DNA of 49,084 bases. Source: a virus. This document shows, piece by piece, positions 19,059-28,115 of the stretch; positions within the stretch are counted from its first letter, which is position 1, and each line of letters opens with the position of its first letter. Position numbers and translations under genes: made by a program. The DNA lies in UHGV virus genome UHGV-1369968; one strand, given 5' to 3'. The notes beneath the pieces were generated by a model, which worked only from the letters and a program-made list of their open reading frames with translations, did no database searches and was not told the DNA's origin.

Positions 19059-20015
19059 TTACAGGTTAAACTGCTTTTTGAACCATTCCGGCGTTTCCAT
19101 TTCGATGACCGGATTACCCATTGAGTAACCGGGCCATGAATTGGCTTTTTTGCATGCCTTATAGATTTCCATCGCGCTGCGCAGCTGAATGCGACCAATG
19201 CGTAACTGCTCATCCGTCAGGCGAATCAACGCAGGGATGAATGGAGATTTTTTCTCCTGCACAAGAAGGTTTACCGAGCGAGGAGCATGCCCATAAGCCT
19301 CGACAAACATGTCGTGCTGCATTGCCATCTTCATAAAGTACCCGAGCCGCGCTGCATGGCGGAAAAACTCATCAGGCTTGGCGCTCACTGCTGTTTTGTA
19401 GTCGATGATGTCGCCACCGCGAGTAAGGCAGTCAAAGCGTACTTTTGATGGCTCGCCAAGCAACTCACCGAGAATTGACACCTCGGAATAAGCACCAGAA
19501 AGCAGGCTGCTGTAATAGCTGTTGGCATGAATTACAGCACGCATCTGAATGATGGCGTCATAATCAGTTCCTTCAAGCATCTGCTTACCAGCTGCCAATT
19601 TCTCAGCTTCTTCACGGATAACATCGTAAATCTTCACTTTCTCGCCAGTGGCCTGAATGATTTTAATCACTTCGGCTTTAGTCTTACCTGAAAGACCTTT
19701 GATGCCGCGCTCTTTCGCCCATGAGTTCATGTCGGAAGCAGTTACCAGCACAGTGCGATTGCCATCTTTGTCTTTTGGAAAATCTTCGACAACTGGCATG
19801 CGGGCATATTCTACTTCGAAGCGCTCAGGCTCAAGCAGAGCGGTATGGCTACCAGTACCAAATATCAGAGCCTTTGACTGCTCATCTTCTTCGTCTTTGT
19901 AGCGCCACGCTGCCGGACAGCGGTCATAGATGTTCCACAGGCCAGAGCCGTTGATGTGCTCTGTGTCAGCGTGGTACTGCTCGTTGCTGAGTTCATTGTT
20001 TAGGTAGACTTTCAT
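19059..20015 (-). CDS. PD-(D/E)XK exonuclease (YqaJ/lambda-exonuclease-like)
   Basis: 318 aa upstream of Erf, with 'D...ELK/DYKT'-type PD-(D/E)XK elements ('RFDCLTRGGDIIDYKT'). Part of the classical exo-SSAP-SSB module. Confidence 0.6.
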   Translation of the reverse strand: MKVYLNNELSNEQYHADTEHINGSGLWNIYDRCPAAWRYKDEEDEQSKALIFGTGSHTALLEPERFEVEYARMPVVEDFPKDKDGNRTVLVTASDMNSWAKERGIKGLSGKTKAEVIKIIQATGEKVKIYDVIREEAEKLAAGKQMLEGTDYDAIIQMRAVIHANSYYSSLLSGAYSEVSILGELLGEPSKVRFDCLTRGGDIIDYKTAVSAKPDEFFRHAARLGYFMKMAMQHDMFVEAYGHAPRSVNLLVQEKKSPFIPALIRLTDEQLRIGRIQLRSAMEIYKACKKANSWPGYSMGNPVIEMETPEWFKKQFNL

Positions 20016-20017
20016 AG

Positions 20018-20380
20018 TTATTTTCCTAACGCCTTATTAATTGCAGCATCCATTGATTCAGTATCAAATCCGCCTCTATCTGGAGAATCCATCCACCATT
20101 CATCTGATTCTTCTATAATTTTTCTCGCCTTAATCAGTTCAGCAAGCAACTCAGGTGCTGCTGCCATTAGTTTGAAATCATGCTCAACAGATGAGTCAAT
20201 TTCCCATCGCATTCCATTAAATTTTGCTCCCTTATTTGAATAAGCAATATTTCTAGAATCATCATTGTGGCATCCCGGAGTATCATCAACGCAACTGGCA
20301 GGATAAATTGCTGCGCAACCACCTCTGATGTCTGCAATCCATGGCCCCGGCGTACCTTTGAACTTATCCATCTTCATCAC
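20018..20380 (-). CDS. hypothetical protein, paralog B of the 'KGTPGPW...AAAPELL' family
   Basis: See 1870..2208. Identical RBS and leader, motifs 'FKGTPGPW' and 'AAAPELLAEL'. Confidence 0.55.
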   Translation of the reverse strand: MMKMDKFKGTPGPWIADIRGGCAAIYPASCVDDTPGCHNDDSRNIAYSNKGAKFNGMRWEIDSSVEHDFKLMAAAPELLAELIKARKIIEESDEWWMDSPDRGGFDTESMDAAINKALGK

Positions 20381-20420
20381 CTCACTAGTTATTGTGTAAT
20401 TGAATCTACATCAATCTACG

Positions 20421-20837
20421 TCATTCATCAAGCCCAAAATAGAATAACGTCGCTCTTTTTATCTCTTCAAGACCATAAGCAATAGCGCCAAAATGACCCT
20501 CTGCAATGGCGCACTCAAGAACCTCAATCTGCGATGGCGATACTTTTGATTTTATCTTGTCGCGGCGCTTCAACTCAATCAGGCCGCATTTATGATTAAT
20601 TCCGTTGGTTAGTATCACGTTGTCGCTTACGCCGCTCCTGACGCCCATTTTGCGGCGTTTTTCGATGAATTGCGGCCCACTCTTTGTTCCAGTCTCGTTA
20701 GGCACATGAAACCACAGAGCATCAGGAAAACGGTATTGCATCCACAGACCATACGCCATCTGGTCAGATTCCTCCCTTGGACACTCCCCGCGATAACCGC
20801 TATCAAATACCCATATTCCACTATCAAGCTGCTTCAA
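20421..20837 (-). CDS. VRR-NUC domain nuclease
   Basis: 'GVRSGVSDNVIL' plus 'CGLIELKRRD' match the PD..(D/E)xK VRR-NUC core. Immediately downstream of the SF2 helicase, as in many phages. Confidence 0.6.
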   Translation of the reverse strand: MKQLDSGIWVFDSGYRGECPREESDQMAYGLWMQYRFPDALWFHVPNETGTKSGPQFIEKRRKMGVRSGVSDNVILTNGINHKCGLIELKRRDKIKSKVSPSQIEVLECAIAEGHFGAIAYGLEEIKRATLFYFGLDE

Positions 20838-22890
20838 TTTGTTCTCCTATGAAATCCTTGCGGTGGATGATATCGCGTCCTTTATCGTTAAAACGATGCG
20901 TAATGCGCTTAGGCGCTCGGATTAACCCGGCGTAATGCATGAAAGTCTTCGCATCATGGCAGTCCATCATTTTCTTCATAATTGATTTATCTTCCAGGTG
21001 CGGAAGCAGAGCTTTCATTTTAAACATATCGCGCAGGTGCTTTGGCTTGCCTCCAAACGGATAAAACACTTCATTTGCCCAACCGGTCTTTCCATCAGCC
21101 TTTACCACCAGATAACGATAAAGAACCCCCTCAGCGTCTTTAGTCAACTCGACTTTAAAATCTTGCACATCTGTCCATTCTTTATCCGTGTAGGCTCGCT
21201 CATTAAGCGCCGCATTAGGGTCGCGCAAAACGTGATCGCATTGACGGCAATAACGAGCTGTCGGGTCGTTCTTTGTTCCACAGCCATCATCAAAAATACG
21301 GATGCCGTGCTTGTCGAAACCACAGCGAATGAAGCTGAAAAACTCTTCGCATCGGCCATCTGGAGACGTTGAGTCTTTACCGATGCAGCGCCGTGCATAT
21401 GGGCTGTTCATAGTCTGGCATTTAGGGCATGGAACCTGCTCTCCGCTACGCTTGGCGCGCTGCGCTTCTGCTTCCTCAAGAATAGGGTCTTCATACAGAC
21501 CGCCAAGCTCGAACATGGTTCCAGTGAAGTCAAGGCAAAGATGGTTTTCTTTCACCAGACCTGCGGCAATCTGGTCTGGCTTCAATAATCGCATGCCACG
21601 GCCAAGCAACTGTGTAAGAAGCGTCAGCGACATGATTTTTCTTAGGATGACAGAAGTATCCCAATATGGGATGTTGACTCCAGTCGTCAGGCAACCGATT
21701 TGCAGCGTGTATTTTTTACGCCCGGTGGCCGCGTCTTTCAGTGCTTTCCGTCTGGCTTTCTGCCCCATATCCTCAGTTACGATTGAATAACTTCCTTCTG
21801 GCAGATATTTCGCCACATCTCTGCAATGTCGCTTTCCAGCACATGTAATTAAAACTCCGTTTCTTCCAGATGTCATGGAAATAACACTTGACATTATTTT
21901 ATCAAGCTTTTCATTTTGCTTGAGAATGCTATTTTCCATTTGCTTTAGCTGCTCAGCGGTAAAGTCCTGCACTCCGTCAACGTCACTACTGGCAAACTCA
22001 TGCAGATCGTATTGCAAGTCATCGATATCCTGCCCACCAAAGATGGTAGGAACAAGAAACCCAAGATCGACAAGGTATTTCGTGCTGATGTTGACGATTT
22101 CGTGCTTCCAGAATCCACCTTTTATTGATGTCACTCCTCTGAATGGGCTTCCGGTATAGCCAATAATTATGATGTCGTGACCGTATCTTTCGCGGCATCT
22201 GCGGTTTAACTCATTAATAATAATTCCATACTGAGAAGATGGATTCTCACTAATTACATCCTCCCAGTCAACTTGATGACACTCATCAACAAGCGCAAAT
22301 CTTGGGCAAAATTCATTCAACATGCCGCTGATTTTTTTATCGAAAAGGTTTCCAAAAAGACGCGCAACCATTGATGCGTGATTTTTCTTATCGAATTTAA
22401 AGCAGCACTCTCCGCGAACAGAAAAAGCTCCAGCAAATTTTATGCCTTTCCCTTTTATTTCTTTATCAAACAGCCCATTAATTATTGTTCCCTCCGTTCC
22501 CGCTATAAGGGGATATGCATACGCCTTACGCCCAAGAGATGCGCTAAACAGAGAGTTTTTTACGCTCAAATTCCAGAGTTCCTCCGCATCCTGCTCAATA
22601 ATTTCGCCTTGTCGCGCGATGACAAGCCCCTCCCACCCCATATCCTGAAACCGACGGGCAATCATGGCTATCATGATGGTCTTACCGGCGCCAACCGAAG
22701 CAGTTACATAACTTGGCTTTGGCTGCTTGCCAAACTTGCGGATAACCTCCGCTGTCTTTTCATATACCAGCCACTGATAGGGGCGCGGTTCAATTTCCCC
22801 GGTATGGATGCTGGCCCGCAGCTTATTCATATCCAGTTCAGCAATCATTGCATCAATTTTTTGCACTTCATCCACCTTTTTGTTGCTCAA
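20824..22890 (-). CDS. SF2 DNA helicase (DEAD/DEAH, type III res-like) with C-terminal Cys-rich Zn-binding region
   Basis: Walker A 'SVGAGKT', 'LVDECHQV' DEAH box, helicase C motifs ('GYTGSPFR'), and a C-terminal cluster CPKC..C..C..C..C. Confidence 0.8.
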   Translation of the reverse strand: MSNKKVDEVQKIDAMIAELDMNKLRASIHTGEIEPRPYQWLVYEKTAEVIRKFGKQPKPSYVTASVGAGKTIMIAMIARRFQDMGWEGLVIARQGEIIEQDAEELWNLSVKNSLFSASLGRKAYAYPLIAGTEGTIINGLFDKEIKGKGIKFAGAFSVRGECCFKFDKKNHASMVARLFGNLFDKKISGMLNEFCPRFALVDECHQVDWEDVISENPSSQYGIIINELNRRCRERYGHDIIIIGYTGSPFRGVTSIKGGFWKHEIVNISTKYLVDLGFLVPTIFGGQDIDDLQYDLHEFASSDVDGVQDFTAEQLKQMENSILKQNEKLDKIMSSVISMTSGRNGVLITCAGKRHCRDVAKYLPEGSYSIVTEDMGQKARRKALKDAATGRKKYTLQIGCLTTGVNIPYWDTSVILRKIMSLTLLTQLLGRGMRLLKPDQIAAGLVKENHLCLDFTGTMFELGGLYEDPILEEAEAQRAKRSGEQVPCPKCQTMNSPYARRCIGKDSTSPDGRCEEFFSFIRCGFDKHGIRIFDDGCGTKNDPTARYCRQCDHVLRDPNAALNERAYTDKEWTDVQDFKVELTKDAEGVLYRYLVVKADGKTGWANEVFYPFGGKPKHLRDMFKMKALLPHLEDKSIMKKMMDCHDAKTFMHYAGLIRAPKRITHRFNDKGRDIIHRKDFIGEQIEAA

Positions 22891-22940
22891 TCTACGTCAC
22901 AATAGTAGACTGAATCTACGGCAATAATCAAGGTTAAATT

Positions 22941-23834
22941 ATGCGATACGACTGGAAGGATATAGAGCCTTTAATGTTAGGAAACTGGCAGGCTGCCATC
23001 ATGTCGATAGTTAATGTCGACATGAGAATTTTCAACGGTAAGCATCAGCCATGCCCTAGCTGTGGAGGCAGTGACCGGTTCAGATTTGATGACCATCTTG
23101 ACTACAAAGGCGACGGAGGCGCCATATGCAACCAGTGCGGAAACGGCAGCGGAATCACCTGGCTAATGAAGCTGTCAGGAATGACGTTTCCAGAGTCAAT
23201 GGAGGCATTGTCCGGATTTCTTAACATGCACCCACGCGAAAAACTTGAGGCGATTAGAAAGCAACTTCCGAAGGTCAACCATGTTTCTGACTACCTTACA
23301 GAGGCAGAAGTTGAGGCGATCATGAAAAAGGTGGGAAATGACACCGTAACAGGTAAAACCGGTGAACTGGTGGCAATCCCACTCTATATGGCTGGAACTA
23401 TGACGCCATGTAATGTGGCATTCATTGCTGACGATGAAAGCGTATCATTTCGCGCTGGTTTCAGCCATGAGTACACTCGAGGAAGGCTAACGCGCGGTGC
23501 CGTTACACCCATCGGCGATAAGACAGAATGGACATACCTTGTGTCCAATTACTTTGACGCCTGGCGAGCGCATCGGCTTACAGGCGCTCATATCTGGTGT
23601 TGCTGGTCGCCTGAAAATATGGCTGAAGTTGTGCGCATTGTCAGTGAAGATGTCCGGTCGAAAATGCGATGCATCATTAATAATAATTTCGATGAAATAT
23701 GTTCCGCTGAAAATGCTGGCCTTCCGATACTGATTACTGATGACGGGCAGGATATCCGCTATAGCGGTGCAATAAGAAAGCGATTGTATAAACCTGATGA
23801 ATTATTTGAGGCACTAAAAAACAAACCCTCCTGA
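22941..23834 (+). CDS. DNA primase (P4-alpha-type Zn-ribbon plus Toprim)
   Basis: 'CPSCGGSDRFRFDD' is the primase Zn-ribbon signature. Divergent from the helicase and followed by a terminator. Confidence 0.7.
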   Translation: MRYDWKDIEPLMLGNWQAAIMSIVNVDMRIFNGKHQPCPSCGGSDRFRFDDHLDYKGDGGAICNQCGNGSGITWLMKLSGMTFPESMEALSGFLNMHPREKLEAIRKQLPKVNHVSDYLTEAEVEAIMKKVGNDTVTGKTGELVAIPLYMAGTMTPCNVAFIADDESVSFRAGFSHEYTRGRLTRGAVTPIGDKTEWTYLVSNYFDAWRAHRLTGAHIWCCWSPENMAEVVRIVSEDVRSKMRCIINNNFDEICSAENAGLPILITDDGQDIRYSGAIRKRLYKPDELFEALKNKPS

Positions 23835-23851
23835 TGGAGGGTTTTTTGTTT
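23812..23851. terminator. rho-independent terminator
   Basis: AAAAACAAACCCTCCTGATGGAGGGTTTTTTGTTT. Confidence 0.7.
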
Positions 23852-24128
23852 ACCACATTAGATGATCGACAGGTGGTGATTGCTTCATGCTTAACAACAC
23901 AAATCCTTCAAGATAAGAACTAACATCAGCAATGTGTATGATTTCTCTTTTAACAAACCGTCCAGTAAAATTTACTCCATTCCACTCACAGAGATTAAGC
24001 GTATCGCCAATTTTATAATCACGGTCGTTTTTTCTTAATTCGGCAGTTTTTAATCCTTCATAAACAGGATTGAAATGCTCTGGTAGTATTTTTAGGTTGT
24101 GTTGTTTAATCATTTTAAATAGCCTCAC
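23850..24128 (-). CDS. DUF3850 (ASCH/PUA-like) domain protein
   Basis: 'KILPEHFNPVYEGLKTAELRKNDRDYKIGD' fits the DUF3850/ASCH pattern. Confidence 0.5.
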   Translation of the reverse strand: MRLFKMIKQHNLKILPEHFNPVYEGLKTAELRKNDRDYKIGDTLNLCEWNGVNFTGRFVKREIIHIADVSSYLEGFVLLSMKQSPPVDHLMW

Positions 24129-24316
24129 CTTATCATTAACTTGGAAATTTCAACATTTGCAGGAAGATGGCGATGCCAGTATTTATCAATAACATGGTAA
24201 TTTGATATCAACCAACATCTGTGCATCTTGCTCCAGAAAAACCACACGCTCCACCCATAAGGCCTAAAATGATATGTGCCTTCTGACCTTACTAAGTAAC
24301 CTTTTATCTTCATCAT
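24125..24316 (-). CDS. hypothetical protein (63 aa, Trp/His-rich)
   Basis: Coupled by ATGA overlaps on both sides. Confidence 0.35.
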   Translation of the reverse strand: MMKIKGYLVRSEGTYHFRPYGWSVWFFWSKMHRCWLISNYHVIDKYWHRHLPANVEISKLMIR

Positions 24317-25866
24317 TTAAGCCTCGGATTCAGGTAAACAGTGTTATTGAGGAATACGCAATATCCATCTTCCTCAAGAGATGGCAAAACGTTTGACTTT
24401 AGTCTGTCATAAATATGCGGTATTCCTTTGAATGGTCTAACGTTTTTTAGTGAATCATACAGCCATTTCACCGTGACATTTGTCTTTCCTTTTTGCGCAG
24501 CTGTCCGCAATTTTTCAGCAACAACGTCGATTTCTGATTTCTCGCCAGCGTATCCATTTGACTCAACGGCATCGGTAAATGTTTTTGTTAGTGCATCATA
24601 AACGCTTATGGCGCGGCTTATATGCTCCTCACCAATAATTTTTGAGCGACGACCGCCATCGCACCAGTTTTCAGCGGCATGGAATATTGCCGAAAGCCTG
24701 ATTATCTGTTTATCAGCCTTACCCATGGCGCCACGAAGCAAAACGTGATCCCATTTACCACCTGGCAGGAAATTCTTTTCCCACTGGTTTCGCAAAAGTC
24801 CAATCATGCGCTGAGATTCTTTAGCGAGAGAGAAAACAACCTTCTCAGAAGCCACAAGGTTATGCACAAATCTGGCATATTCAGCTTTTAATTCTTGCGG
24901 CATTGGTTTGCTTACCGGGCAATCATTTTCAACATCCCAGTGCTCACGATAACCAAGCATCGACTGCTCACGAAGCATAAGGAATCGCTCAGACAATCCA
25001 TTACCCCTGTCGCCAGCAGAAAGAATGGCATCAATACTTTCATCCTGTGCAATGACGCTTATGTTACCAAGCACATAGCCAGATGAAACACCACGACCAA
25101 CGCGAGCTGAGCCAACAAACCCGCCGTCCCAGCCTTTAAGGATAACTTCGGCGTTAGACTTTCCTCCATCCTTGCCATACGAAAGGCCAAGACAGGTATT
25201 TAAAACGCTTGCCTCATCACTTATCAGGTTGAAAAAACCACCCTCATGAATTGCCTGGTGCTGCACCGCTTCTGGTGTTGCATCGGTTAACGGGTAGGTG
25301 ATGGTGTAAAGATTTTCCAGCTTTTCCTTCTCTTTAGCAATGTCATCTCCAATGATGGCCTTCGCGTTCTGATTCGTCGCTTCCTTGTAAGCCTTCATCA
25401 GATCTTCAATGCGAATGTTTATCTTTACAATTTCCTTCTCCATCTTTTTTGACAGGTTATCATATTCAATTTTTATCGGGTTCATGTGCATTGAGTTGAT
25501 AGCTGTCTTGCCAGCTGATGGTGGCTGCGATGTAACCACATACAAGGAAACAGGTAATTCAGAACCGTAGTATTCAACGCTAAAATTACGAGTCATGGCA
25601 CTGGCTACGCAGCCAAGAAGGTGCATGAATGATGTGCTAACGGGGAATTGCACAGCCCTAGCCGCTGCAACTGAGTAGCGGGTTATCAGGTCTTTCCTGT
25701 TGTCACTGGTAAGCTCTATCTCCGAGTATGTTACATCCTTCTCCTGCCCTTCCTTGATTTCCGGCCACATGTTATGGCTTGGTGTCATGCCATGATGAAT
25801 GGCTACGCGAGCCGCAGAGGTGTGCGCTTCTCTTGCCTGATTGAAGATTTCCTGTGCTGTAATCAT
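24313..25866 (-). CDS. DUF3987-like P-loop ATPase (replication-associated, primase-helicase-loader-like)
   Basis: Walker A-like 'SQPPSAGKTA' and Walker B-like 'VIAQDE'. The size and its context next to primase and helicase are typical of DUF3987/P4-alpha C-terminal-like proteins. Confidence 0.5.
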   Translation of the reverse strand: MITAQEIFNQAREAHTSAARVAIHHGMTPSHNMWPEIKEGQEKDVTYSEIELTSDNRKDLITRYSVAAARAVQFPVSTSFMHLLGCVASAMTRNFSVEYYGSELPVSLYVVTSQPPSAGKTAINSMHMNPIKIEYDNLSKKMEKEIVKINIRIEDLMKAYKEATNQNAKAIIGDDIAKEKEKLENLYTITYPLTDATPEAVQHQAIHEGGFFNLISDEASVLNTCLGLSYGKDGGKSNAEVILKGWDGGFVGSARVGRGVSSGYVLGNISVIAQDESIDAILSAGDRGNGLSERFLMLREQSMLGYREHWDVENDCPVSKPMPQELKAEYARFVHNLVASEKVVFSLAKESQRMIGLLRNQWEKNFLPGGKWDHVLLRGAMGKADKQIIRLSAIFHAAENWCDGGRRSKIIGEEHISRAISVYDALTKTFTDAVESNGYAGEKSEIDVVAEKLRTAAQKGKTNVTVKWLYDSLKNVRPFKGIPHIYDRLKSNVLPSLEEDGYCVFLNNTVYLNPRLK

Positions 25867-26124
25867 TTAAACCTCATACTCGGTTGCAAATGATTCGTGT
25901 GGGTTTTCTGATAGCCACTGCTTAGCTTTAAGTACGGCTGCGTTTGCCTCCTCTGCCGTTTCAAACCTGCCAAGCTCATACCTGAGTCGGTTAACAACAA
26001 TCCTGGCCCTGAAATATCCAGAGTGCTTATGGAAGTCAACCCCTCTAAACCCGGTAGATGATGGCCTTCCGCCACCGGATGATGAAAGTCTTTTTTTCTT
26101 AAGTAGCTTTCCATGTGCAGACAT
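25867..26124 (-). CDS. stand-alone AP2-domain DNA-binding protein
   Basis: 'GFRGVDFHKHSGYFRARIVVNRLRYELGRFETAEEANAA' is an AP2/ERF-type fold signature (RGV..G.W.A.I....LG.F.T.EEAA). Confidence 0.65.
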   Translation of the reverse strand: MSAHGKLLKKKRLSSSGGGRPSSTGFRGVDFHKHSGYFRARIVVNRLRYELGRFETAEEANAAVLKAKQWLSENPHESFATEYEV

Positions 26125-26194
26125 AATTTACCCTCGCTCACGACTTTTAACCATGATACCCCATAAATTACCCTCCGTAAAGCGGCCACAAACA

Positions 26195-26580
26195 AACTTT
26201 GGTTAGGGTTAAATGGGTTAACTGTGGGGAAGACCATCTTCCCCAAGATTTTTTACTGTAAGTGTATGTATTATAATAATAATAGTAGTAGTTGGGTTAA
26301 TTGGGTATATTATTATTCATATTATAGATTTTATTTTAACAATAAATTAACAAACGAATTATATGGGTTATATATAAGGGGATATGGATGAAAACATACC
26401 CTGCTGCCCCTAAATTGTTAAATTACAATATTAACATTAACTTACAGAGAAAAATCTGGGGCAATTAACCTGCCCCAGCACCTTACCCACAGGGGCAAAA
26501 TTTACCCCAGGCTGATTTATTTTCACCATCATATTGACGTAGATTGGGCGCCATCGTATAGTTACCACACCAACAACAAA
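26195..26580. repeat. AT-rich non-coding region with GGGTTA-type direct repeats and two hairpins (candidate replication origin / regulatory hub)
   Basis: GGTTAGGGTTAAATGGGTTAAC at 26201-26222, TTGGGTTAATTGGGTAT at 26292-26307 and TATGGGTTAT near 26353. Hairpin TGGGGAAG-accat-CTTCCCCA plus a T6 run at 26225-26252, and hairpin CTGGGGCA-N7-TGCCCCAG at 26456-26478. The 26250-26450 stretch is extremely AT-rich. Confidence 0.5.
26534..26562 (+). promoter_or_regulatory. sigma70-like promoter TTGACG-N17-TATAGT (motif copy in reverse orientation)
   Basis: TTGACGTAGATTG supplies the -35, and TATAGT lies at 26557-26562. It drives the rightward operon beginning about 26588. Confidence 0.55.
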
Positions 26581-26699
26581 GAGGCGATGAAGATGGAAGA
26601 TAAAAAGCAGCAAGACGAAAACGCAGGTGTTGTATTCGATGGCTACGTGGTGGATGAGCATGGCGAAGAGCTTGCTCAGTTCACTGGCGACTTCGGTTT

Positions 26700-26903
26700 T
26701 TGATGGAGTATCTCAGAATGACCAAAGCAATCTACACGCGCACTCAACTGGAGCCTGAAATGGGCGCAGTGAAAGCGCAAAACTTTATGGCTGCACAGGC
26801 AATGCACGCATATAGTAACGGTAAGCGCGTCTGTCGCGTTTTTAGTGGCGAAGGTAAGCAACGAGTGCTTGAGCAGGTTATCGTGTCATCTGGTGGAAAC
26901 TAA
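26700..26903 (+). CDS. hypothetical protein
   Basis: ORF in the rightward operon after the 26534 promoter. Confidence 0.35.
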   Translation: MMEYLRMTKAIYTRTQLEPEMGAVKAQNFMAAQAMHAYSNGKRVCRVFSGEGKQRVLEQVIVSSGGN

Positions 26904-26918
26904 ACCGGTTTAGCAACG

Positions 26919-27197
26919 ATGAATAAATTACTGGCAGTGGTTCTACTGGTTATCGCTAACGCAGCAAGCGCTGAGACAATATGGGTCACGAAGTATGCAT
27001 TGACCCGTGGCATTCAGAAGTACGAAAGCGCACAGCTGTTTGCTGATGGTCAGGTGGCTGTGGTTGGAGATGTTTACTTTAAACGTGGTGAATACTGGCT
27101 TGATGAACAACAGGCAAAAGAGCATGCGGAGACTTTGCGTCAACGACGTGTATCTGCACTTATGCGTGAGCTTGAGCGTTTACAGGCCGTTAAGTGA
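26919..27197 (+). CDS. small secreted protein (signal peptide)
   Basis: 'MNKLLAVVLLVIANAASAET' is a Sec signal peptide. Confidence 0.45.
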   Translation: MNKLLAVVLLVIANAASAETIWVTKYALTRGIQKYESAQLFADGQVAVVGDVYFKRGEYWLDEQQAKEHAETLRQRRVSALMRELERLQAVK

Positions 27198-27203
27198 GGA
27201 TTT

Positions 27204-27842
27204 ATGGATATTGGAATCAACGAGGTAAAAGATATGATTGAGTCACTTGAAAGTAATGGTGAACTCTCAATCAAAGAAGAAAAATATCTCAAAGTGGCAA
27301 AGCTGTGCGTGCAGCTGGCTGATGATAATGCGGGGATGGTAGAGGCGCTGGAGAAGGCGCAGCAGCTGATTGATGAACCTATCCCCTCCAGTAGAAATAT
27401 TCTGATGCCAGCATTGGACGGGCTATCCAGGGACCACCTGATAGTCACAATTCAAACCGCAGTGGATAACTACTCCGCATTGCATGCAAAGTGGCTTGAA
27501 GACCGCCAGCGCATCGCCGAGCTGGAGTCCCGCACCGTCACCGCTGCCGCCGCTGCCGTACTGGCCGAGCGTAAGCGGCAGGTTACGACGGAGGGATGGA
27601 CGCCGGAACATGATGACCAGCATGTAAATTTTGAAATGGCAATTGCAGGCGGACTGTACGCGATATCAGCTGTTGATAGCCACCATAAGTTACGCAATTC
27701 AGCTCCCTCAGCATGGCCATGGGACAGAAAGTGGTGGAAACCGGACGGTCCGCGACGTGACCTGGTTAAAGCTGGCGCGTTAATTCTGGCTGAAATTGAG
27801 CGCCTCGACCGCGCCGCTGGCATCAAGGTGGAGGCTGAGTGA
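27204..27842 (+). CDS. hypothetical protein (coiled-coil N-terminus, Trp-rich C-terminal domain)
   Basis: 212 aa with an AGGA RBS. The 'WTPEHDDQHVNFEMAIAGGLYA...PWDRKWWKP' domain is unassigned. Confidence 0.45.
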   Translation: MDIGINEVKDMIESLESNGELSIKEEKYLKVAKLCVQLADDNAGMVEALEKAQQLIDEPIPSSRNILMPALDGLSRDHLIVTIQTAVDNYSALHAKWLEDRQRIAELESRTVTAAAAAVLAERKRQVTTEGWTPEHDDQHVNFEMAIAGGLYAISAVDSHHKLRNSAPSAWPWDRKWWKPDGPRRDLVKAGALILAEIERLDRAAGIKVEAE

Positions 27843-28115
27843 TGTGTAAATGTCCGAGATGTGGCGTATCGCCATTCATGCGCATCCGTCCGTATTTCTG
27901 GAGATGCCATGTTTGCGGCACAACGTTTAAAGGGGATTGGTGATGTGGTTATTTCCGTTAAGCAAACCGTGGACATACTCGACGACTGGATACCTCTGCG
28001 CAATCGCGTGGAACGTATCAGAAATATTACAGGTTCGCCTGCCGCACGCTGATAAGGTTTTCGGGGCAGCAATTGGCAAAAATCCAAAGCGGGTGAATAA
28101 AACAGGAGCCAACCA

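Noticed and set aside
25863-26246. 127-aa minus-strand ORF overlapping the AP2 gene and extending into the iteron region
   Set aside because: It shares the locus with the strongly motif-supported AP2 frame. Its N-terminal part is encoded by the GGGTTA repeat and hairpin sequence, making it a likely artefact.
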